Positions 10,680 to 21,829 of a stretch of DNA of 64,000 bases are shown one piece after another. Each line of letters starts with the position of its first letter. Position 1 is the first letter of the stretch. The stretch lies in NCBI RefSeq assembly GCF_035084215.1, contig NW_027139453.1:8866001-8930000 (forward strand), read 5' to 3'. The translations under genes were made by a program, and so were the position numbers. This stretch comes from Heptranchias perlo (taxonomy: Eukaryota). The notes under the pieces are model-generated. The model worked only from the letters and a program-made list of their open reading frames with translations. It was not told where the DNA came from and searched no databases.

Positions 10680-13390
10680 TTGGAAATTATTCCAGGGATA
10701 GTGGACTTTAGTTACGTGGATAAGCTGGAGAAGCTGGGGTTGTTCTCCTTGGAACAGAGACGGTTGCGAGGAGATTTTATAGAGGTGTTAAAAATCATGA
10801 AGGGCCTAGACAGAGTACATAAAGAGAAACTGTTCCCATTGGCGGACGGGTCAAGAACCAGAGGACATAGATTTAAGTTGATTGGCAAAAGAACGAAAGG
10901 TGACATTAGGAAAATCTTTTTTAGACAGCGAGTGGTTAGGATCTGGAATGCATTGCCCGAGAGGGTGGTGGAGGCAGATTCAATCGTCTTTTTAAAAGCG
11001 AACTGGATAAGTCCTTGAAAGGAACAGCATTTGCAGGGTTACAGGGATAGAGTAGGGGAGTGGGACTAGCTGTATTGCTCTTGCATAGAATCGGTGCGGA
11101 CTTGATGGGCCAAATGACCTCCTTCCTTGCAGTAAGCTTTCTATAATTCTATAAATTTGGTTAGACCGTACTGAGAATACTGCGCTCAGTTCTGGATTCC
11201 TTATTACAAAAAGGGTATAGAGGCACTCGAGAATGTGCAACAAAGATTTACCAGGATGATACTAGAATTGAGAGGTTATACATATCAGGAAAGACTTAAC
11301 AGGCTGGGGCTCTTTTCTCCAGAAAAGGGAAGATTGAGGGGTGACCTGATGGAGGCCTTTAAGATTATGAAAGAGTTTGATAATGTAGACGTAGAGAAGA
11401 TGTTTCCACTTGTGGGGGAGACCAAAAATAAGGGCCATAATAAAAGATATTCACTAATAAATCCAATAGCGAATTCAGGAGAAACTTGTTTCCTGACAGA
11501 GTGATGGAGCCGAAAAGCATAAGTGCATTTAAGGGGAAAGTACATGAGGGAGAAAGGAATAGATGGATAAGCTGATAGGGTGAGATGAAGTAGTGTGGAA
11601 GGGCTCTCGTGTGAAACATAAACACCATCATAGACTAGTTGGGCTGAATGGACTGTTGCTGTGCTACAAACTCGATGTAATACTCCAATACATCGACTTC
11701 AGCAGCATTACACGTGTGAATGTGGTTCCGATTATATGAGCTCCTTTGGTTTATAACCTAAACGCTTGTGTAAAATGCTGTTAAGAGGATTTGTCCACCA
11801 TTAGGTTTGTGACATCGCTAACATAAGAAGATAAGAAATAGGAGCAGGAGTAGGCCATTCGGCCCCTCGAGCCTGTTCCGCCATTCAATAAGAGCATGGC
11901 TGATCTTCAACCTCAACTCCACTTACCTGCCCGATCACCATATCCCCTGATTCCCTTGGAGCCGGGACATCTGTCCATCGCAGTCTTGAATATATTCAAC
12001 AACTCAGCATCTACAACCCCCGAGAGTAGAGAATTCAAAAGATTCACAATCCTCTGAGTGAAGAAATTCCTCCTTATCTCGGTCTTAATTGTCCGACCCC
12101 TTATCCTGAGACGATGCCCCCTAGTTCTAGACCCGCCAGCCAGGGAAAATAATCTCTCAGCATCTACCCTTTCAAGCTGCCTCATAATCTAATGTTTCAA
12201 TTAGATCACCTCTCATTCTTCTGAACTCCAGAGAGTAGAGGTCCATTATACTCAACCTCTCCCAGGAATTAAGCGAGTGAACCTTCGCTGCACGACCTCT
12301 AAGGCAAATATATCCGTCCTTAGATAAGGAGACCAACACTGTACACAGTACTTCATGTGAGACCTCACCAAAGCCCTGTCCAATTGTCGTAAGACTTCCT
12401 TACTTTTGTGCTCCAACCCTCTTGCAATAAATGCCAACATTCCATTTGCTTTCCTAATTGCTATACCTGCATGCTAGCGTTTTGTGTTTCTTGTACGAGG
12501 ACACCCAAGTCTCTCTGAAAACCAACAATTAATCGTTTCTCACCATTTAGAAATTATTCTGCTTTGCTATTCTTCCTAACAAAGTGAATAATCTCACATT
12601 TCCCCACATTATACTCCATCTGCCACCTTCTTGTCCACTCACTTAACCTGTCTATATCACTTTGCAGACTCTTTGTGAGGTCCTCACAGTTTACTTTCCC
12701 ACTTCGCTCTCTATCATCAGTAAACTTGATACATTACACTCGGTCCATTCATCTAAGTCATTCATAGAGATTGTAAATAGCTGAGGCCCCAGCACTGACC
12801 CTTGCGGCACCTAGTTACAGCTTGCCAGCCTGAAAATGACCAGTTTATCCCTACTCTCTGTTTTCTGTCCGTCAACCAATCCTCAATCCATGCTAATATA
12901 TTACTCCCAACCGCAAGAGCCCTTATCTTGTATAACAACCTTTAAGTGGCGCCTTATCGAATGCCTTTTGAAATTCCAAATATACTACATCCACTGGTTC
13001 CCCTTTATCTACCAGTTAGTTACATCCTCAAAAAACTCGAATAAATTTGTCAAACACGATTTGTCTTTCATAAAACCATGTTGACTCTGCCTAATCATAT
13101 TATGATTTTCTAAGTATCCTGTTCACACTTCCTTAATAATGGATTCCAGCATTTTCTCGACGACTGATGTCAGGCTGACTGGCGTGTAGTTCCCTGTTTA
13201 CTCACTCCCTCCTTTCTTGCACAGCGGGGTTACATTTGCTAGCTTCCAATCCACGTGGTCTGTTCTAGAATCTAGAATTTTTTGGAAGATAATAACCAGT
13301 GCATCCACTATCTCTGCAGCCACCTCTGTTGGAACCCTCGGATATAGGGTCAAGGGGATTTATCAGATTTTAGTCTCATTAGTTTCTCAA
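10680..13390. mobile_element. Cluster of CR1 3' fragments on both strands
   Basis: LEKLGLFSLEQRRLRGD (+) and YCVQCWSPYL (-) motifs. Confidence 0.85.
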
Positions 13391-13799
13391 GTAACGCATA
13401 ACGAACAGAAAAAAGTCGCCGGTTTTTAGTCTAAATGGTTGCGGTGCAAATAATGTTTAATCCAGCAAATTTTCGGTCGCCGTTAACTACAGTGGAGATC
13501 TGAGCGGCGAGAATGGACTTTTTTCAGCATTCGACAGGGTGACGCAAATGGTCCATTGATTTTGCGATGGATTGGGACATGGCTTATCTCACTTATTCCG
13601 CAAATCGCTGAATATTCTTTTCTTACAATTTAATAATGGCGCCCGCCGTTAATACATCGTTAATATATCTCAATTTCCCAGCAGTTCCAGGCCAGAATGG
13701 ACGGTTGGGTGTATTGTGCGACAGATAAATATGTAGCAATTGTAGATGAGAGAAACCTTCACATGGAGAATAATGGCAAGATATCAATTTGCTCTAATG

Positions 13800-15130
13800 A
13801 CACGATTACTGACACTATTAGACACTATTACTATTCGACACTATTACTGCTCAAGTTACTGATAATGATATACTGCTGGTCCAGTTACTGATAACGACAC
13901 TATTGCTGCTTAAGTTACTGATAATGGCACTATTACTGCTTCAGTTACTGATAATGGCACTATTACTGTTCCAGTTACTGATAATGGTACTATTACTGTT
14001 GCAGTTACTGGCAATGACACCATTACTACTCTAGTTACTGACAATGACACGATTACTGCCCCGGTTACTGATAAAGGCAATATTACTGCTCCAGTTACTG
14101 ATAATGACACCATTACTGCTCTAGTTACTGATAATGACACTATTACTGCTCCAGTTTCTGATAATGGCACTATTAGTGCTCCAGTTACTGATAATGAGAC
14201 TTTTACTGCTCCAGTTGCTGATAATGAGACTTTTTTTGCTCCAGTTACTGATAATGAGACTATTACTGATCCAGTTACTGATAATGAGACTATTACTGCT
14301 CCAGTTGCTGACAATGAGAAAATTACTGCTCCAGCTACTGATAATGTGACTATTACTTCTCCAATTAGTGATAATAACACTATTACTGCTCCAGTTACTG
14401 ATAATGAGACATTACTGCTCCAGTTACTGATAATAACACTATTACTGCTCCAGTTGTTGATAATGACTTCATTACTGCTATTGTTACTGACAATGGCACT
14501 ATAACTGATCCAGTTACTGATAATGACACTACTACTGCTCCAGTTACTTATAATGACACTATTACTCCTCCAGTTTCTGATAATGACACTATTACTGCTC
14601 CAGTTACTGATAATGACACTATTACTGCTTCAGTTACTGATAATGACACTATTACTGCTCCAGTTACTGATAATGATATAATTACTGCTCCAGATACTGA
14701 TAATGACACTATTACTGCTCCAGTTGCTGATAATGATATAATTACTGCTCCGGTTACTGATAATGAGACTATTACTTCTCCAGTTACTGATAATGACACT
14801 ATTACTGCTCCAGTTACTGATAATGGCACCATTACTGCTCGAGTTACGGATAATGACACTATTATTGCTCCAGTTACGGATAATGACACTATTACTGATC
14901 CAGTTACTGATAATGACATTATTGCTGCTCCAGATACTGATAATGGCACTATCACTGCTCCAGTTACTGATAATGACACTATTACTGATCCAGTTACTGA
15001 TAATGACATTATTGCTGCTCCAGTTACTGATAATGGCACTATTACTGCTCCATTTACTGATAATGACACTATTACTGTTCCAGTTACTAATAATGACACT
15101 ATTACTGCTCCAAATACTGATAATGTGAAA
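13800..15130. repeat. 30-bp minisatellite CCAGTTACTGATAATGACACTATTACTGCT (~44 copies)
   Basis: Tandem array producing the spurious (VIVSLSVTGA)n ORFs. Confidence 0.97.
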
Positions 15131-15179
15131 ACAAATGCATCATTGCGTGGCTTTCTCTGAACCAGGTGTGCAGTTAAGC

Positions 15180-15950
15180 ATCGAAATAAATAATTTTCAT
15201 TTTCATAGCGCCTTTCACCACTTCAGTTCCCAAAGCACTTAACAGCCAATGATGTGCCTTTGAAGTGTAGTCACTGTTGTAATGTAGGAAAAGCGGCAGG
15301 TAATTCGCGCATAGCAAGATCCTACAGACAGCAATAAGATAAATTGCTAGATAATCTGATGTTGATTGACGGGTAAATATTGGCTAGGACACCAGGAAGG
15401 ACTCTCCTGCTCTTTTTCCAATAGTTTCTATGGGAACGGCGACTTCGTTTAACGTCTCATTCGAAAGTCGGCACCTCCGACAGTGTTGAACTCCCTTACT
15501 TCTGCCCCTCTGACAGTGCAGTACACCCGTAGTACTGCCCCTCTGACAACGCAGTACCACTCTCAGTACTGCCCCACCAACAGTGCAGCACTCCGTCAGT
15601 ACCGGATGTCCGATAGTGCAGCACTCCCTCAGTACTGACCTTCCGACAGTGCAGCGCTCCCTCAGCACTAGCTGTCCGACAGTGTAGCACCCTCACATTA
15701 CTGCCCCTCCAACAGTACAACACTCCTTCAGTACTGGATGTCTGAAAGTGCAGCTCTCCCTCTGTACTGCCCCTCCAACAGTGTAGCACTCCCACAATAC
15801 TGACCCTCCGACAGTGCAATACTCCCATAGTACTGACCCTCTGGCAATGCTGCACTGGGAGTTTCAGCCGAGATTATATGCTCAATTTTCTGGAACCCAC
15901 TACCTCTGACTCAATGGCGAGAGTGCTACCCACTGAGACATGCCTGACAT
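15180..15950 (-). mobile_element. Deu-domain tRNA-derived SINE with an internally expanded 33-bp array (other copies ~35945-36740, 44570-45310, 46750-47165, 51070-51300, 59830-60520, 61070-61545)
   Basis: Shared blocks GAAGTGTAGTCACTGTTGTAATGTAGGAAA..GCAGC, GTTTAACGTCTCAT and CCGACAGTGCAGCACTCCCTCAGTACTG. Confidence 0.7.
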
Positions 15951-16459
15951 TCGTCATCTAAAGGACAGATTCCTCCCCACGTGTTGAAGCTCTTGCATTG
16001 CTTGAAAGGAATCTGTTGTGCGATGTTTGCAGATGAACTGTCATCTTAGAAAACCCAAGATTCACAATGGAGGCACAGATCCTTGCATTTTTTCATTTAG
16101 TTTCCAACCGTGACTCAGTTAACAAAAGGCGTTTGAAGCTTTGGCGGAAAGTTGGTGCTAGGTGGCGCAATTGCTTTCATAATAGTACTGGGTTTGCACA
16201 TCATTTCCTGCCGCCCCCGTTCCGATTATGTCTCTCCTGCTTTATCCCCCTCCACATTTATTCCAACACCCCCACCCCCACCCTGCGCTTTGTCAAATTC
16301 CTCGAACTCCCTCCGTAACTGCACTGTGGGAGATCCTTCATTACACGGACTGCAGCGGTTCAAGAAGGCGGCTCACCACCACCTTCTCAAGGGCAATTAT
16401 GGATGGGCAATAAATGCCGGCATCGCCAGCGACGCCCACATCCCATGTATGAATAAAAG

Positions 16460-18300
16460 TAAAAGGGTCCAGTCTTTAGCAGTGGATCAAATTATCTCCA
16501 TTCGTGTCAGAGGCAGACAACGAGGTCATGTTGACTTCATATCCCCATGAATCAAATTTAGTCCTGATCTATCATCAACTCTCATTGTGGAGAGTCGACA
16601 CCCGTTTGCCACTGACACATATTGACTGTGTCCACTTCCACTAGGAATCTACTCTTAAGATAACATTCTCCGTCTCCTGTCGCTTTTCAGTCCACACGAC
16701 CATGAGGCGAGTGTTTACATACTGAACTGTGACTGCCGCCGGCCGACACACGAATTAAGAGCAGGAATAGGCCATTCGGCCCCTCGAGCCTGCTCTTCCT
16801 TTTGATAAGATCATGGCTGATCATATTGTGACCTCAGCCCTACTTTCCCGTCTATCTACTATAACCTTTGACTCCCTTGTTAATCAAGAATCTATCTAAC
16901 TCAGCCTTAAAAATATTCAATGACCCTGCCTCCACCGACCTCTGGGGAAGGGAATTCCACAGACTCAAGACCCTCTGAAAGAAAAACATTCTCCTCATCT
17001 CCGGGAGACTCTTATTTTTAAACTATGGCCCCTTGTTCCATTCTCTCCCTCAAGGGGAAATATCCCCTCAGCATTTACCCCTTCTAGTCCCCTGAGGATC
17101 TTATATGTTTCAATAAGATCACCTCTCATTCTTCTAACCTCCAGGGTATACAGGCCCAACTTGTCCAACCTTTCCTCATAAGATAACCCCCTCTTCCCAG
17201 GAATCAATCGAGTGAAACTTCTCTGAACCGCCTCCAAAGCAATTATGTCCTTTCTTAAATGAGGAGACCAAAACTGCATTTCAAATGTGAATCTACCATC
17301 TTCTCCGTATCTCCTTCTCCTCCAAATCTCCCAAGCTCTTTGTGCCTTGGTCAAGTGAGCCCCATACCACAGTATGTGACGTGCCAGTGTCAGCTAGCAA
17401 TAGTTTTGGGCGGTCTTCAATCCGTCCTTTGGAATTAGGTCCTCCATACTGTTGCTGGTGCAACGCACATAAGGTTACCTTGACCAAAGAGGCTGCAAGC
17501 CGACATTTCATCTGTCACTGACTTTCATGAGGTAGCGCTGAGCTGTTTATGCTTCCACGACTGGGGGTGGGGCAAGAGAGGGGAATGCTGGGGAAGGGTA
17601 GAATTCTATCTCCTGTCGCGGAGCGTCTATCTCAGATTTTAATCTTTCCTCCAACTCCTGCATTTTCTTTTGACAGTGGTTATGATTCCCCTCTCCTGCT
17701 ACACGAGGCTGGTCGCCCTGTTTCAGACTTCGGACTCCCCGTCGGGCACTACTTAAATCACCGACCTCCTTTATCCACCTTTTATCCTGACCTTCCTGTC
17801 GTTGTAGCTCGGCGTTACATGATACTAAATTTCTGGCTGCATTTGCCCCTACGGTTTGAATGTGGTCTCCTCACTCAGCCAAAGTCCGGTTGCAAGAAGC
17901 TATACGAGCTGATTCAATTTCCAGTTTTTGTTCCATAAACTATTTGTTGAGCTCTGCCTCGGTTTCTAATTGTTACTTGAGTTTTATAATTTAACGTCCT
18001 TCTCATAACACGACTATAATTTTCCAGTTTTCCTTATTCACATGTTTTTCTTTGGTTAGTGTCTGAAGCAACTCTCCAAACTGTTCGAGGTATTCTGCAT
18101 TCTCTGTCAAAGAGATTTATTAACTCTTGGATAATAGAACGACACGAGATTTCCGAATTCTTGTCCTAGACTTAAGATATATCCTTTATTTAGTCTTTTC
18201 TCTTTTTCAGTCTCTTTTTTCTTATCAATGCCAATCACAAGATAAAAGGGGTGCTGCCAGTTTGCTGACAGCCATCACATTTCAGTGCAGCTGAGATGAT
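16460..18300 (-). mobile_element. Degenerate LTR-retrotransposon (Gypsy-like) gag-protease relic split by a CR1 fragment (~16750-17280)
   Basis: LLADTGTSHTVV in ORF 17293..17511; after the CR1 insert the reading continues ...ENVILRVDS*WKW, resembling the ILG.DFL protease motif. Confidence 0.5.
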
Positions 18301-18384
18301 TATCACAACGTTTTCAAAATTGATGCCCTGCAATTAACAAGACATCGTTGTTTGATTACAGTTACACACAACATTAAGTCTTTA

Positions 18385-18760
18385 CACATCAATTCACACT
18401 CACAAATACTGAACACGACTATAATCAGATCAATTCACACTCACCAATACTCAACACGACTTCAATCAGATCAATTCACACTCACCGATACTCAACACAA
18501 CTTCAATCAGATCAATTCACACTCACCAATACTCAACACAACTTCAATCAGATCAATTCACACTCACCAATAGTCAACACAACTTCAATCAGATCAATTC
18601 ACACTCACCAATACTCAACACAACTTCAATCAGATCAATTCACACTCACCAATACTCAACACAACTTCAATCAGATCAATTCACACTCGCCAATACTCAA
18701 CACAACTCCATTCATATCAATTCACACAACACAACTTCATTCAGATCAATTCACACTCAA
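18385..18760. repeat. 41-bp minisatellite (~9 copies) 3' of the V1 RSS
   Basis: ACTTCAATCAGATCAATTCACACTCACCAATACTCAACACA at 18541, 18582, ... Confidence 0.92.
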
Positions 18761-18960
18761 CAGTGCAGCACTCCCTCAACACTGCTCCTCCAACAGTGCA
18801 GAGCTCCCTCTGTACTGACCCTCCGACAGTGCAGCGCTGCCTCAGTCATGCCACTCCGACAGAACTATGATAACTCTCTTCTTCAAAGCAATCATTTTGC
18901 GACCATGCTTTACACTGGAAGGGTTTTTGTCAGGGTTGTGAATCATCCTGAACCGCTGTG

Positions 18961-19266
18961 CCCCATCACCGGCGGCGCAATAATACAACGCCGTGTCGGT
19001 CCGTCCCAGGCCTGTAATCTTGAGCGTGGATTTCTTATCGCCGTCACTGCGCACCATTTGAAATCTGGCCTTAAATTCCTCTTCCATTTCTGCTTGCGAC
19101 GACCAAACGATTTTGCCAATTAACAGCAGCCCCCCTCCAGCGGATTTGTACCAAAGCATGCTGGAGCGTGCAGTTCCATTCTGGAAACAGTTTAGTTCCA
19201 CGCTTTCTTGTTGAGTTACAACGATCGAAAGGGGCCACTGAGATACGAGATCTGAGAGGGAAAAAC
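18961..19266 (-). CDS. TRBV: TRBV exon V1 (D-proximal; SQWP...NC...WYKS...YYCAAGD)
   Basis: Cys23/Trp41/Cys104 present; acceptor TTTGTAG; 23-RSS CACAGCG 18954-18960 / 23 / ACAAAAACC 18922-18930. Confidence 0.95.
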
Positions 19267-19902
19267 CTACAAAGGAATTGGTGAACAATGAAGATCATTC
19301 AGCGACACAATCAATTATGTATTGACTACACAACCTGAAAAGGACGTTCCGTTTATCAATAAAAAAACCGGCCAGCAACGAATTAGTAAAAGTTAGAAGC
19401 AGAAAATTTACATAGAATCGTGCAGCACAGAAGGAGGCCATTCGGCCCCTGGCGCCTGTGCCGGCACTTTGAAAGAGCTATCCAATTAGTCGCACTTTTC
19501 ATCTGTTCTTTCACCATAGCCCTGTAAATATCTCCTTTTCAAGAATTTATCCAATTCCCCTTTAGAATCTGCTTCAATTACACTTTTCAGGCAGTGCGTT
19601 CCAGATCGTTACAACTTGCTGTGTAAAAAAAACACAATTCTCCTCTCCTCCTCTGTTTCTTTTGCCAATTATCTTAAATCTGTGCCCTTTGGTTACCGAC
19701 CCTCCTGCCTGTGGGAACAGTTTCTCCCTATCGATTCCATCAAAACCTTTCACACAATAAAAACATGCACTGGTTAAATAAAACATTATTGCAATAACAT
19801 ATTAAATAATCGATTATTGATGTATAATCGTCCCGCCATATTCATATTACTATAATTGATTAGATGAATCTAAGAGAGACGTTGCCTAATCGGGACGTTT
19901 AC

Positions 19903-19948
19903 GGGTCTTCAGACATAAAAGAGTTAGTTGCAGAAAATGTAAATGCAT
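19903..19948 (-). CDS. TRBV: V1 leader exon (MHLHFLQLTLLCLKT)
   Basis: 46-nt hydrophobic exon from ATG to a phase-1 GTAAA donor, 70 bp downstream of the CRE-ETS-CRE motif. Confidence 0.85.
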
Positions 19949-20017
19949 CTTCGTCAGAAGCAATCGGTCGGTTGCAGCTTTGCAGGTTGTGAGTTACCCT
20001 TGGAATTAGCAGATGGA

Positions 20018-20045
20018 GCGTCATAACCGGAAATTACGTCACCTG
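20018..20045 (-). promoter_or_regulatory. V1 promoter CRE-ETS-CRE composite plus E-box
   Basis: Plus strand GCGTCA-TAA-CCGGAA-A-TTACGTCA-CCTG; same spacing upstream of V2 and V3. Confidence 0.75.
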
Positions 20046-21829
20046 CAACCTTAAATCCGCGAACCGCAAAATGAACAGGCAAAAAGCCAAAAACAAACAA
20101 GAGCCCTTCAAAGCCACAATCAGCAACCTCATGGCTTGTCACATCACTCATTAAATCAAAAGGCCAACCACCGTTCAATGTGGAGTTAAGAGCGGCGTGT
20201 CAGGAGACTATACGATCGAATGAAGGATTAGCCCCAGTGATGCATCTGCACAAGATTTACCTACATCACAATCCCCCTTCCCATTTACTGGCACAGGTGA
20301 TAATGAGAGAACTTTCAAATGGGATTTGGACAAATACATGAGGAAGAAAATTACAGGGCTTGTAGAGAAAGTGCAGGGCAGTGAGACGAATTGGATTGCT
20401 CTTTGAAAGACCCGGCACAGGCACGATGGGCCGAATGTCCTCCTTCTGCGTTGTATGATTCTTTGATTGCAACTGTATCCAGGACTGGAATCCTGTATCA
20501 ATAGCAGAGACCCTGAGAACGTTGTTGTAGATATGTGCACAATTTAATCGTTCACGGAATGTTTAATCCAGTGTAAAATCGCTTTTTTAAACATATATTT
20601 ATCGAATTCAATAGAATTTACGGCACAGAAACAGGCCATTCGGCCCGACAGATCCATGCCGGTGTTTATGCTCCACTCGAGCCTCCTCCCTCCCTAAATC
20701 ATCCATCCCTATTAGCATTTCCTTCTATTGCTTTTTCCATGGTGTACTTATCTAGCTTCCCCATAAATGCATCCATGCAATATATAACGTTGTGAGCTAT
20801 TATCTGTTTCAATTATTTAGCAGAGAAAATTGATAAATTGGTTCACGACGACTACTGATGACTTTTATCAGTTCAGAAAATGAAGCTTACGTCACGTCAG
20901 ACAATACATCGATCACATAATAAAATATTGCTTCATTACACAAGCACACAAACGTGGAGCAAAAATTTAATAAATCACGCCAAGCAGTTTATGAAGGACT
21001 ATTAAAAAAAAGTCAATGAAGTCGGGAAAGGAAATAACGGTGTTGGTTGTAGGCTCATGTGAAATCTGCAAAAAAAAAGAGCGAAAGTGGGAAAGTGGAA
21101 ATTTGATGTGAAATAAACCGGAGGTTGTCGATTACAGAACCAGAGTAGATGATGATGGATTTGAATTTGTATGATTTATTTGCACGAGCTGCTCCGAATG
21201 TTGCCACGCTGATGTGAGCAATTCCCGGCCCATTGTCATTGATTGCGTGTCGACAAACTGGGGGCGATGGTAGCCGCGCCGCAAAGGTTACTGAGTCACC
21301 AGAAAACACCATGGCCGATTGCAGCCCTCATTGTTCAATGACAACTGCACCGTGGCTGCAGTGTGTACCATCCACAGGATGCACTGCAGCAACTCGCCAA
21401 GGCTTCCTCGACAGCACCTCCCGAACCCGCGACCTCTACCACCTAGAAGGACAAGGGCAGCAGGCACATGGGAACAACACCACCCGCACGTTCCCCTCCA
21501 AATCACACACTATCCCGACTTGGAAATATATCGCTGTTTCTTCATCGTTGCTGGGTCAAAATCCTGGAAGTCCCTTCCTAACAGCAATGTGGGACTGCAG
21601 CGGTTCAAGAAGGCGGCTCACCGCCACCTTCTCAAATGGCAATTCGGGATGGGTAATAAATGCCAGCCTCGCCAGCGTCGCCCACGTACCATGAACGAAT
21701 AAAATAAGGGGAATGCTTTTTGGATCACATGGCCTTTTCTACACTTTGTCGCTGGTCCTCTTGGCGGGTAATTAATACGAGTGCCCGGTGTCACATAGAG
21801 AGCTTTCGGCCTGGAGCAGCATTACATTT

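Noticed and set aside
13910-15128. Long hydrophobic ORFs (VIVSLSVTGA)n and (LLLLQLLIM)n
   Set aside because: Translation of the 30-bp minisatellite
20891-21065. Exon-like segment with strong acceptor (T9GCAG) and GTAAG donor on the minus strand
   Set aside because: Stops in the frames examined; no Ig-domain or other recognisable motif
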